This document shows, in pieces, positions 1-9,145 of a stretch of DNA of 64,000 nt (position 1 is the stretch's first letter; every line of letters begins with the position of its first letter). A program made the position numbers and the translations under genes. Below the pieces are notes generated by a model. It searched no databases. It was not told where the DNA came from and saw only the letters and a program-made list of their open reading frames with translations. The stretch comes from Candidatus Hydrogenedentota bacterium (lineage in GTDB: Bacteria; Hydrogenedentota; Hydrogenedentia; Hydrogenedentales; JAEUWI01), in NCBI GenBank assembly GCA_034669905.1, contig JAXMOL010000001.1:160001-224000 (forward strand), in the 5' to 3' direction.

Positions 1-538
1 CCCCTCCGATCCCGGCCTGGATGTGGCCCGGAAGAATATCCGTACCCTGGCCAAATTCCTGGGTAAGGAAGACGCGGGCGAAGCCTTGATTGCCACGTTG
101 AATAACGACGTGGCCAAGCTGGAAGCAAAGCAGGAGGCACAAAAGGACGTGGAGGCGCTGAAGCTTCTTGTGGTCTACCTCCGCCCCAACGCCACGCTCA
201 TCATGGGCGAAGACAGCAATGCCACGGCGCTGGCCCACCTGGCGGGTGCCAAGAGCGCGCTGCCGGGCATCACGGGCTATAAGCCCCTTAATGCCGAGGC
301 GGTGGTTCAGGCACAACCGGACGTTATCCTTTGCTACAAGAAGGGGCTGGAATCGGTGGGCGGACTGGAGGCCCTGTACAGTCAACCGGGCATTTCCGAA
401 ACCCCGGCGGCGCGCAACAAACGCGTCATCGCCATGGATGATCTCCTGCTCGGTGGCTTTGGCCCCCGTAGCGGAGAAGCCCTCCTCGAATTGCACCATG
501 CCCTCTACGACGTGGAAGGTCCCTATACAGGGAAATAG
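1..538 (+). CDS. hmuT: Hemin ABC transporter periplasmic binding protein (5' truncated by window edge)
   Basis: Frame is open from position 2. C-terminal motifs 'YKPLNAEAVVQAQPDVIL' and 'TPAARNKRVIAMDDLLLGGFGPR' are typical of HmuT. Lies upstream of hmuU/hmuV. Confidence 0.85.
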   Translation, partial: PSDPGLDVARKNIRTLAKFLGKEDAGEALIATLNNDVAKLEAKQEAQKDVEALKLLVVYLRPNATLIMGEDSNATALAHLAGAKSALPGITGYKPLNAEAVVQAQPDVILCYKKGLESVGGLEALYSQPGISETPAARNKRVIAMDDLLLGGFGPRSGEALLELHHALYDVEGPYTGK

Positions 539-547
539 GACCTGCTC

Positions 548-1558
548 ATGCTCCGTGGTAAATACAGATTCGCCCTGATTGCCCTGGGCATTTCCTTGCC
601 CATTATCCTGGCGTTGGCCGCCGGTCTGGGCGCGTACTACATACCCCCATGGAAGATTCCATGGATACTTTGGCACCGCGCGGAGGAAGACGGTTATCGT
701 GTCCTGGCTTACATCCGTTTTCCCCGCGTGGTGCTCGCAGCAATCGTCGGTGCATCGCTGGCCTGCTCGGGGGCCTGTCTGCAGGGGCTCTTTCGCAATC
801 CCCTGGCCGACCCCCAGTTGGTGGGTGTCACCGGTGGTGGGGCCCTCGGTGCGGCCTTGTGGCTCATGTTTGTGAGTTCCCCCGTGCTGGGCATGTGGGG
901 CCTGCCCCTGGCGGCCTTTGTCTCCAGCGCGGCAGTGGTTTTCCTGGTGTGGCTCATCGCCCAACGGACCCACGCCAATGGGATGGTGACCATCCTCATG
1001 GCGGGTATCGCGGTGAACAGCATTGCCTTCGCGATTATCGGACTCCTGACGACCCTGGCCGACAACGAAAAGTTGCGCAGTTTCACCTTCTGGCAACTGG
1101 GCAGCTGCGGCTATGCCACCTGGCCCCTTACCTTCTGGACCCTCGGCCTCTCGTGCATCGGGCTCGCGCTCCTGCTTCGGGCAGGCAACGCCCTGAATGC
1201 CTTGGCCCTGGGCACCACGGAAGCCTTCAACCTGGGCATCGCGCCCAACCGGGTAAAGCGCCAGATCATTCTGGGCTGTGCCCTGTCCGTTGGCGCGTCG
1301 GTGGCCGCATCCGGGGGCATCGGTTTTGTCGGACTGGTCGTACCCCACCTCATCCGCATTGCCGTGGGCGCCGATCACCGCTGGTTGCTTCCCGCCTCGG
1401 CATTGGGCGGCGCGTCGCTGCTCGTCCTCGCCGATCTGGGGGCCCGGACTATCGCCATGCCGGTGGAACTCCCGGTGGGTGTCATTACGGCGTTGGTCGG
1501 CGGTCCGTGGTTTGTATGGCTCTTGATTCGAACCCATAAGGAACACGCCTATGCTTGA
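548..1558 (+). CDS. hmuU: Hemin/iron-chelate ABC transporter permease (FecCD family)
   Basis: 'RFPRVVLAAIVGASLACSGACLQGLFRNPLADP', 'GGIGFVGLVVPHLIR', 'ELPVGVITALVGGP'. Confidence 0.92.
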   Translation: MLRGKYRFALIALGISLPIILALAAGLGAYYIPPWKIPWILWHRAEEDGYRVLAYIRFPRVVLAAIVGASLACSGACLQGLFRNPLADPQLVGVTGGGALGAALWLMFVSSPVLGMWGLPLAAFVSSAAVVFLVWLIAQRTHANGMVTILMAGIAVNSIAFAIIGLLTTLADNEKLRSFTFWQLGSCGYATWPLTFWTLGLSCIGLALLLRAGNALNALALGTTEAFNLGIAPNRVKRQIILGCALSVGASVAASGGIGFVGLVVPHLIRIAVGADHRWLLPASALGGASLLVLADLGARTIAMPVELPVGVITALVGGPWFVWLLIRTHKEHAYA

Positions 1559-2363
1559 GGCAAACGCATTGTCCTACCGCATTGGCACGAAGTTGCTCCT
1601 GGATGACTTTAATCTGACCGTCCATCCGGGGGACTTCGTGGCCCTCATCGGCCCCAATGGCGCGGGAAAATCCACGGCCCTCCGCTTACTGGGTGGCGAG
1701 CTACTTCCCGACAGTGGCACCGTCACGTTGGAGGGAGAAGGGCTTTCTGAACTGTCGCCCACCCAGTTGGCGCGAAAGCGGGCCTGCTTCCAGCAGAACC
1801 CTTCGGTGGACTACCCTTTCACGGTGCGCGAGATCGCCGACCTGGGGCGCCAACCCCATCGCCTCGGCCTGTTCGAAAGCCCCCATGACCGCCGTGTGGT
1901 GGACCAGTCCCTGGCGGCGGCGGGCATCACCCATCTGGAAGGCCGACTCCAAACGACCCTGTCCGGCGGAGAAGCCACCCGGGCCCATCTGGCGCGGGTG
2001 CTGGCCCAGGAACCCCGCCTGCTCCTGCTGGACGAGCCCACAAACCATCTGGACATCCACTACCAGCAGGAAATCCTCCAGGTTTGTCAGCAGCGTCGCC
2101 AGGAAGGCTGTGCCATTATCGCGGTGCTCCACGACCTCAACCTGGCCTCCCGCTTTGCCGACCAACTGGTGCTGCTCCACGAAGGGCGCACAGCGGCCCA
2201 GGGCACACCGGAAGAAGTCCTGACAGCGGCTTGTATCCACGACGTGTATGGCATTGAGAGCGTGGTCTGGAAACACCCCTGCGGGTGCCCCTGGGTCGTG
2301 CCCCTGTTGGACAGTCACCCCATTGAGACCCCAGAGGCCCTGCCCCTTGCAGCGGCCCATTAA
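1551..2363 (+). CDS. hmuV: Hemin ABC transporter ATP-binding protein
   Basis: Walker A GPNGAGKST, LSGGE, LLLLDEPTNHLD, VLHDLNLA. Overlaps the permease stop. Confidence 0.92.
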   Translation: MLEANALSYRIGTKLLLDDFNLTVHPGDFVALIGPNGAGKSTALRLLGGELLPDSGTVTLEGEGLSELSPTQLARKRACFQQNPSVDYPFTVREIADLGRQPHRLGLFESPHDRRVVDQSLAAAGITHLEGRLQTTLSGGEATRAHLARVLAQEPRLLLLDEPTNHLDIHYQQEILQVCQQRRQEGCAIIAVLHDLNLASRFADQLVLLHEGRTAAQGTPEEVLTAACIHDVYGIESVVWKHPCGCPWVVPLLDSHPIETPEALPLAAAH

Positions 2364-2489
2364 ACCCGTTCTAGCAGCGCCCCACCTAGTCGTCTGATTT
2401 AGACAGATGGGCTGGTATTTCCATGGTAGATCTTAGTTCATGACCGGAATTCCGTGTCGCCCTTATATTTCGGCGTCTCTGCGAAGGGC

Positions 2490-2707
2490 GATGGAACGGG
2501 CTTTCAGCCCTGTACGAATTTATTCGTCCCAAACATGGGGCGTTGCCCCATGCTGATATGCTTCCGGGCCGTTGGCCCTACAAAAGTCTTCCACCATGGA
2601 ACCAAGGCTGCTTCCATAGCGCCAAAGGCGTGCGACATACCAACCTGGGGCGAAGCCCCAGGAAACCAAGGTGTTAATTACGATAAGGGCTGAAAGTCCG
2701 ATCCAAG
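2490..2707. repeat. REPIN-like composite inverted repeat (two inverted arms, each with three short palindromes)
   Basis: Left arm: GGGCTTTCAGCCC (2498-2510), CATGGGGCGTTGCCCCATG (2534-2552), GGGCCGTTGGCCC (2566-2578). Right arm in inverse order: GCGCCAAAGGCGT (2619-2631), CCTGGGGCGAAGCCCCAGG (2644-2662), AGGGCTGAAAGTCCG (2686-2700). Confidence 0.75.
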
Positions 2708-2773
2708 ACGGTTAACAAAAACACCCACAACTTTCAATCAAATCATTTGGAAGCTATCGAAAGGAACACAAAT

Positions 2774-3820
2774 ATGAATACGGCAGAAGCTACCCAAAAC
2801 ACCCTGAGCACACGTTGGAACGCCTACCGGGCAGAACACCCGCGGGCCCGCATCTATGATGCCGCCATCGCACTCGAAGTCAGCGAAATGGAGTTACTCG
2901 CCACCGACTGCGGTGAAACGGCGACGCGCTTAAATGGCCCGTGCGGGGATATTCTGAAAGCCCTCGAAAAGGCGGGACCCATCATGGCCTTGACCCGTAA
3001 CCACTGGGCCGTCATCGAGAAGAAGGGGCAGTATAGCCCGGTCTCTTTCCACGGCCCGATGGGCCTCGTTTTGGATGAGGGCATCGACCTTCGCCTCTTC
3101 ATGACGACCTGGACGAATGCCTTCGCCGTCTACCACCCCAGCCACCCCCATTACAGCTACAGCATCCAATTCTTCGATGGCAGTGGCAGCGCCCTTCACA
3201 AGGTCTACCTGCCCCCGGAAGCATCGGGTGCCTGGCAGGACATTGTGGCCCAATTCAAGAGCGACGATCAGTCGAAAGAAGCGGAAGTCAGCCCGGCGTC
3301 CCCGGCGCCCGCCATCACCCCCGATGAGGATGTTGATCGGGAGGGCCTCCTGGAAGCCTGGGGCGCGCTGAAAGACACGCACGATTTCCACGGGATGTTG
3401 AAAAAGTTTGGCGTGGCCCGCACCCAGGCCATTCGCATGGCCGAGGGCACCTTCACCCGCCGCCTTCCCGTCTCGACGCACCGCACCATATTCGAGACGG
3501 CCGCGCAGGATGAACTCCCCATTATGGTTTTCGTCGGGAACAACGGCTGCATCGAAATCCACACCGGCCCCATCGAAAAAGTGCTGGAAGCCCGCGGTTG
3601 GTACAACATCATGGATCCCGACTTCAATCTTCATTTGCGCGAAGAGGGGATTCACGAAACCTGGCTGGTCCGGAAGCCCACCGAAGACGGCGTGGTCACC
3701 TCGGTAGAACTCTACGATGAGACCGGTAAGGAAATCGCCCAGATCTTTGGCAAACGTAAGCCGGGCATACCGGAATTGGACGCCTGGCGGACCCTGGCCG
3801 AGTCTCTCCCGGGACTCTAA
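2774..3820 (+). CDS. hemS: Hemin-degrading/trafficking protein HemS/HmuS/ChuS
   Basis: Two ChuS-like halves: 'MALTRNHWAVIEKKG', 'IDLRLF', 'SIQFFDGSGSALHKVYL', 'DTHDFHGMLKKFGVARTQA', 'PIMVFVGNNGCIEIHTG', 'FNLHL'. AAGGAA RBS precedes ATG 2774. Confidence 0.93.
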   Translation: MNTAEATQNTLSTRWNAYRAEHPRARIYDAAIALEVSEMELLATDCGETATRLNGPCGDILKALEKAGPIMALTRNHWAVIEKKGQYSPVSFHGPMGLVLDEGIDLRLFMTTWTNAFAVYHPSHPHYSYSIQFFDGSGSALHKVYLPPEASGAWQDIVAQFKSDDQSKEAEVSPASPAPAITPDEDVDREGLLEAWGALKDTHDFHGMLKKFGVARTQAIRMAEGTFTRRLPVSTHRTIFETAAQDELPIMVFVGNNGCIEIHTGPIEKVLEARGWYNIMDPDFNLHLREEGIHETWLVRKPTEDGVVTSVELYDETGKEIAQIFGKRKPGIPELDAWRTLAESLPGL

Positions 3821-3838
3821 GCCGAAACTGGCAGGGGT

Positions 3839-3886
3839 GGGAACGTGCAGCGGACCTGGTGCGAAGAGGCACCGTTGCACGTTCCC
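3839..3886. terminator. Strong hairpin downstream of hemS, between convergent genes
   Basis: GGGAACGTGCAGCGG / CCGTTGCACGTTCCC, 15-bp stem with one G-U pair. No U-tract. Confidence 0.45.
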
Positions 3887-4026
3887 GATGATGCGCCGGG
3901 CAATGCCCCCCGGTGAATCGAGGCGAGAAACAGAACCTCGGCGGGGAACGAGGCGCACCTTGGGAAAACAGCGCCCCTGCGCGCGGCAGGGGCGAAGAAC
4001 GGGTAAGAAATCCGTCGGGGCGTCGA

Positions 4027-4197
4027 CTAGATCAGGTTGTAGTTATCCAGCAGGACGTACGTCACGAAGAGCGCGCTGAGAAAGGAAAACCAGAACGCGG
4101 GCAGACGACTTGCGTGGGTGCCGCAGTGGATGCAGAGTTTGGCATTGGCACGCATCGATTCGTTACAGGATCGGCATTTAACGTAGTAGACTTTCAT
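4027..4197 (-). CDS. Small zinc-ribbon membrane protein (56 aa)
   Basis: AGGAGG RBS then MKVYYVKCRSCNESMRANAKLCIHCG (two CxxC) and a C-terminal hydrophobic helix. Confidence 0.7.
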   Translation of the reverse strand: MKVYYVKCRSCNESMRANAKLCIHCGTHASRLPAFWFSFLSALFVTYVLLDNYNLI

Positions 4198-4541
4198 GGG
4201 CTTAATCCTCCTCTTCTGGGCCTGCCCCGGGGCGCCCCCTCGGTAACGCAAGGCTTGTGCCAACCCCCCTGAAACGACGTAACCTATGCATTACGTTCTT
4301 CTTAGGGCACATTCCCGGCCGCAACCCGTTGGGAAAGATGACGAAAAACTGTCACGTTGACCAATTGAAGTGCCGAACATTGGTCAACGTGCTCCGTCGC
4401 GAAGGGATTGCACCCGACGCCTTCAGGCCCGTCCCCCCCCTGCGGGACCCCGTACACAAATTGACTCCCCTCCTGTGACATGCTACGCTGACAGATCGAA
4501 CTGAATACTGGCTGCGAATCGATACGTCTACGAGGAAACTC

Positions 4542-6956
4542 ATGTACCGAGCGTTCTATGGCTTGCGGGAAAAGCCGTTTAATCTGACCCCAGATCCCCG
4601 CTTTCTCTACTTGAGCGATAAGCACAAGGAAGCCTTTGCACACCTGCTCTACGGCATTCGCAGCCGAAGCGGCTTCGTCATGGTGACGGGTGAGATCGGC
4701 ACCGGCAAGACAACCATTTGCCGCAATCTCCTCAACCAATTGGATGAAGATACGGAACTCGCCTTCATCTTCAACCCCATGCTCAGCCCCTTGGAATTAC
4801 TGAAGAAGATCGCCTCGGAATTTGGCGTGGACACCAAGGGTTCAAACACGCTGGAATTGACCGAGGAGCTGAACCAATATCTCCTCGAAGCGGCGGCCAT
4901 GGGAAAGAATTGCGTCCTGCTCATTGACGAGGCGCAGAATCTTGACCCCCAGGTCTTGGAACAGATTCGGCTCCTTTCCAATCTGGAAACCGAGACCGAG
5001 AAACTGCTCCAGATTGTGTTGATTGGCCAGCCCGAGTTGGCTGAAAAACTGGCCCTTCACGAACTGCGCCAGTTAAACCAGCGCATCACGGCCCGCTACC
5101 ACCTGAAGCCCCTGAGCGAGAAGGAGGTCATGCAGTATGTGGCCTACCGCCTCCATGTGGCCGGTGGACGACGGAAAGTAAAATTTGCCCGCTCAGCGGT
5201 GCGGGCCATCTACAAGATATCGGGCGGTACCCCCCGGGTCATCAACGCTTTATGCGACCGGGCCTTACTCGTAGGCTTCACGAAAGAGGTCCACACCATT
5301 ACGGCCTCTATTGTGCATCGGGCCTACCGGGAAATACGGGGCGACGATATTTTCGGCCAGCGGGGCGCGCGGAATTCTCTGGGCCGTCTGCTCTGGAATC
5401 CGATCACGGCCATCTCGGTGGTCCTTCTGATTGCCATTGTGTTCGCCAACTCAACCGTATTGCGACAACGCACCCAGGGCTACCTCAATTGGCTCGCCGC
5501 CAAGCTACCCGAGGCGGCGCCCGTTCCGGTAGCCCCCCCCGCTCCCCCGACGTCCGTGGCCCCCACAGCGGCCGCGATCTCACCGTCCGTGGGAGCGACA
5601 CCGGCTCTCCCGACGGAAAACGCCACGGAAGCGGCACTGCCCACGGAGACAGCCACCCCACCTGCCCTGTCCCCCGCCGCGCCTGCCAGCGCCATTCCGG
5701 ATGCCCTGTTCAGTGCGTCGGAATCGGCCAGTAACGAAGCCGCCCTTCGGGCCATGCTGCAGGCCTGGAACAAGACAGTCACCGGGCCGGTACCCGAACA
5801 ACTGGAAGGTGACGCGCTGGCGCAGTTCGCAGCGACCCATGGCCTGGCCGTCGAGTTTCTGAATCCTGCGGTGGACCAATTGCTCGCCCTGGATCTGCCC
5901 GCGGTGGTACAACTGCAACACGGGGAGGCAACCCGCTCGGCGCTGCTGAACGGCGTGAACGAAGACGTCTTGACCCTCGTCGCCAAGGACACCACGTGGA
6001 CCATGGATCGGGGCCGCTTCCGGGCGGCCTACACCGGCGAAGCCATTGTCATGTGGGACGATCCGGCACCCACGGCATCGGCCTTACTGCCTGGTGCGCG
6101 CAATGCCAACGTCCGGACACTTCGAACCCAGTTGGCGGCCCTCGGCCGTATCCCGGCGCCCGACAATGGCGATACCTACGATGGCATGGTCTCCAAAGCC
6201 GTCGCCCGTATTCAGGCGGAGACCAGTCTCGATGTAGACGGTATCGCGGGCAAGCAGGTCCGTATGGTGCTCCAGAGCTGGTCGAATTCACCCGGAACGC
6301 CCAACCTGGGTAGTCCGATAACCCGAATTGCCTCGGCGCCGATTGTGACAACAGCCCCCGCCACCCCGACCGTGGAACCCACCGTGGCCCCGGCGAAAGA
6401 TGGGCCCCCAACCCCGCCGGCTGTGGAAGCCTCCGAAGAGCAGGCGGTGCGTAGGGCGACGCCCCCGGCACCCGCTGCGGAGTCGGTCCCCGAGAAGGTG
6501 GCTACGAAGACGCCTGAGCCTGCGGAATCGACCACCCCCGAAACGACCACCGAGGAGCCGGTGCCGGAAGTTCAGCCCGAAGAGGAGCAAGCGGAGCCCC
6601 TTCAGACCGCCGAAGCGCCGGAAGAAACCCCGGAGGCGGAGGACCGGCCAGCCCCGGTAACCCTGACCAATGTGGGTGTTCCCCCGGCTGCGGAAACGAC
6701 GGCGGACAGCACGTCGGAAGCGACCAAAGAGACGCCTGAATTGGCGCCGTCTCCCCCAGAAGCGCCCGAAGCGGATAGCGCAACGACCTCGGAGGCCCCA
6801 TCGGCACCGGCAGGCACGGAAACCGAAGGAGCCCCGAGCGAACCCGCACCTGCGGCGACTGGCCCTCAATTGACCGTCGTGGAACTGGGAGACCCCGGGA
6901 CCGAGTCACCGGAAGCACCTGCCGAAGTTCCCGCACCGGCCCCTTCCGCCGGCTGA
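4542..6956 (+). CDS. exeA: ExeA/GspA-family AAA ATPase with TM, peptidoglycan-binding domain and long P/A/E/T-rich tail
   Basis: 'MYRAFYGLREKPFNLTPDPRFLYLS', Walker A GEIGTGKT, 'LIDEAQNL', 'LRQLNQRITARYHL', 'GGTPRVINALCDRALL', PG-binding 'LDVDGIAGKQ'. Confidence 0.9.
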   Translation: MYRAFYGLREKPFNLTPDPRFLYLSDKHKEAFAHLLYGIRSRSGFVMVTGEIGTGKTTICRNLLNQLDEDTELAFIFNPMLSPLELLKKIASEFGVDTKGSNTLELTEELNQYLLEAAAMGKNCVLLIDEAQNLDPQVLEQIRLLSNLETETEKLLQIVLIGQPELAEKLALHELRQLNQRITARYHLKPLSEKEVMQYVAYRLHVAGGRRKVKFARSAVRAIYKISGGTPRVINALCDRALLVGFTKEVHTITASIVHRAYREIRGDDIFGQRGARNSLGRLLWNPITAISVVLLIAIVFANSTVLRQRTQGYLNWLAAKLPEAAPVPVAPPAPPTSVAPTAAAISPSVGATPALPTENATEAALPTETATPPALSPAAPASAIPDALFSASESASNEAALRAMLQAWNKTVTGPVPEQLEGDALAQFAATHGLAVEFLNPAVDQLLALDLPAVVQLQHGEATRSALLNGVNEDVLTLVAKDTTWTMDRGRFRAAYTGEAIVMWDDPAPTASALLPGARNANVRTLRTQLAALGRIPAPDNGDTYDGMVSKAVARIQAETSLDVDGIAGKQVRMVLQSWSNSPGTPNLGSPITRIASAPIVTTAPATPTVEPTVAPAKDGPPTPPAVEASEEQAVRRATPPAPAAESVPEKVATKTPEPAESTTPETTTEEPVPEVQPEEEQAEPLQTAEAPEETPEAEDRPAPVTLTNVGVPPAAETTADSTSEATKETPELAPSPPEAPEADSATTSEAPSAPAGTETEGAPSEPAPAATGPQLTVVELGDPGTESPEAPAEVPAPAPSAG

Positions 6957-7075
6957 TTCCCTGACGGATACCCGTAGGGAGAAAGCTGGCACACCGGGCT
7001 CTGAAACAGTACAATAGACCGCATGAAAATTCTTCCGCTCTTATCTATTAACGCCACCGCGAAAAGGGGCCGCGC

Positions 7076-7933
7076 ATGAGTTCTATCCTCGAGGCGCTGA
7101 AGAAGCTCGAAGCGGAGAAAAACGCCCCGCTGCCCCAGGATCCCCTGCCGCTGGACGACGTCCCCGACTATGGCGGCGGCTCCTTCCTGGCAGACAGCTC
7201 CGATACCTTCCCCAAACGGCGCCGCGCATCTATTGCGCCGCTCTTGTGGGTTCTTGGTGGGGGCATGTTTACCCTCATGGTCATTGGCGTGGCGGTGTTG
7301 CTGGTCATGCTCTTGTTGCAGAACCCATCCGGCACCTCCGGCTTGACGGCCGTGGCGCCCACCACCCCCCCGGCAACAGCCCTGACAAGCCCCGAGCCCG
7401 TGGCACCCCCCGCGGAAACCCCTGCGCCCGCGGAAGCGTCGGAAAACGCAGACACCACCGAACTGGCCAATTCGGAAGCCACGTTGAGTGAATCGGTGGA
7501 AGCGGTCCCCAGTGCCTCGGAAGCGCCCATGGTGGTCACGCGCGTTGCCCCGACGCAGCCCACACCACCGCCCCCGGCTCCCGTAGAAGCGCGCCCTGCG
7601 CCCGAACCTGAACCCGCACCCATCGTCGCAACAGCACCCCGAAAACCGGTCTTGCCTGTCACGATCAATACGGAGCCACTTCCGCTGGAGATCCGAAACC
7701 TCCCCATGCTGTCGCGCACCCAGCGCACCCAGTATCGATTGGATGGTGTCCAGCTCAACATGCTGAATCCAGCGGGCCCCACCCGCCCCCTTGGCAATGC
7801 CTTTATCAACCTGGAGAAAGTTTTCGTGGGCGAATTTCTCCCCGGGTCCAATGCAAAACTAGTCGACGTAACCAGCCATGGTATCGCGATTGAAATCCAG
7901 AGTACGGGACAACGCTACTACATTCCGCGCTAG
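7076..7933 (+). CDS. exeB: GspB/ExeB-like type II secretion accessory protein
   Basis: N-terminal 'MSSILEALKKLE', a single TM, Pro-rich linker and small C-terminal beta domain. Immediately follows exeA. Confidence 0.75.
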   Translation: MSSILEALKKLEAEKNAPLPQDPLPLDDVPDYGGGSFLADSSDTFPKRRRASIAPLLWVLGGGMFTLMVIGVAVLLVMLLLQNPSGTSGLTAVAPTTPPATALTSPEPVAPPAETPAPAEASENADTTELANSEATLSESVEAVPSASEAPMVVTRVAPTQPTPPPPAPVEARPAPEPEPAPIVATAPRKPVLPVTINTEPLPLEIRNLPMLSRTQRTQYRLDGVQLNMLNPAGPTRPLGNAFINLEKVFVGEFLPGSNAKLVDVTSHGIAIEIQSTGQRYYIPR

Positions 7934-7994
7934 GCCCTGAGAGCAGGCCGACGGAATGGACGTAACAGGCACAATGACGGAAGGACCTCCTATC

Positions 7995-9053
7995 ATGCGG
8001 GCAATCACGCAGCTTTTTTCCTCGAAACACACCCCCACCCTCCGACAGGGAATGACCAGCATCACCCTGGCCCTGGGCCTCGTCCTGATGGCCGGATGCA
8101 GCGGACCCGCTGAACCGGTACAGACGGATACAGAATCGAAGGAGGCCATGCCCGCCGCCGAGACCCCGGAGCAGGCGACCCTCCGCATTGCCGTCATCCC
8201 CAAGGGCCTGGCCCACCAGTTCTGGCTGACCATTAAGGCCGGTGCGGAAGCGGCGGCGGCGGAAGGAGGCGCGGAAATCCTCTGGCAGGGCCCCCACAAG
8301 GAAACGGAAGTCGAAAAGCAGATCAACATCGTCCAGGATATGCTCAACAGTGGCGTGGATGGCCTCGTGCTGGCAGCCTGTGATGAAAATGCCCTTATCC
8401 CCATGGTGCAAAAGGCCACCGACGCGGGCATCCCCGTGGTGACCATCGACTCCGGCGTGGCTTCGGACCTCCCCCTTTCTTTCGTGGCCACCGACAATGT
8501 GGCGGGTGCCGAAATGGCGGCCAAGACCCTGGCCGACCTGATTGGCGAGGAAGGCAACGTGGGGCTTATTCCCTTCATCAAGGGTGCCGCCACGTCCAAC
8601 ATGCGGGAAGAAGGCTTCCTGAAGGGCATCGCGGCCTATCCTGACATCAACGTAAGCGCCACCCTCTATTGCCAGAGCGACGTCGCCAAGGCCATGGAAG
8701 TCACGCAGGACATGCTGACGCGCAACGCCGATCTGAAGGGCATCTTCGCCACCAACGAACCGGCAGCCATTGGTGCGGCCCAGGCCCTGAAAGCGGCGGG
8801 AAAGCAGGATCAGGTCAAGCTCGTGGCCTTTGACGCAGCCGAAGAAGAGATCACCGCGTTGCAGGAAGGCTCGGTCCAGGCGCTCATCGTGCAGAACCCC
8901 TATCGCATGGGCTATGCCGGCGTGCAGGCCGCCCTCGATGCCATCGCCGGTAAGCCCGTCGAAAAACGCATCGATACGGGGGTGACCGTCGTTACGATGG
9001 AAAACTTCAATGAGCCGGAAATTCAGGAACTGCTGTACCCCCTCGGAAAGTAG
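7995..9053 (+). CDS. Sugar ABC transporter substrate-binding lipoprotein (RbsB-like); start uncertain
   Basis: Lipobox LMAGC; 'IAVIPKGLAHQFW', 'GIPVVTIDSG', 'FVATDN', 'VQNPYRMGY'. Confidence 0.88.
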   Translation: MRAITQLFSSKHTPTLRQGMTSITLALGLVLMAGCSGPAEPVQTDTESKEAMPAAETPEQATLRIAVIPKGLAHQFWLTIKAGAEAAAAEGGAEILWQGPHKETEVEKQINIVQDMLNSGVDGLVLAACDENALIPMVQKATDAGIPVVTIDSGVASDLPLSFVATDNVAGAEMAAKTLADLIGEEGNVGLIPFIKGAATSNMREEGFLKGIAAYPDINVSATLYCQSDVAKAMEVTQDMLTRNADLKGIFATNEPAAIGAAQALKAAGKQDQVKLVAFDAAEEEITALQEGSVQALIVQNPYRMGYAGVQAALDAIAGKPVEKRIDTGVTVVTMENFNEPEIQELLYPLGK

Positions 9054-9145
9054 CCATTTTCGGTGACCGCCCGTGACTGGCCTGGTCCCTGTTCAGAAGG
9101 AATACAGCCCATGATGATGCCCCACACGCCGTCGGCCTTTCGCCC

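Noticed and set aside
2454..2693. 79-aa ORF between hmuV and hemS
   Set aside because: It lies across the palindromic REPIN-like element, with no RBS or recognisable domain.
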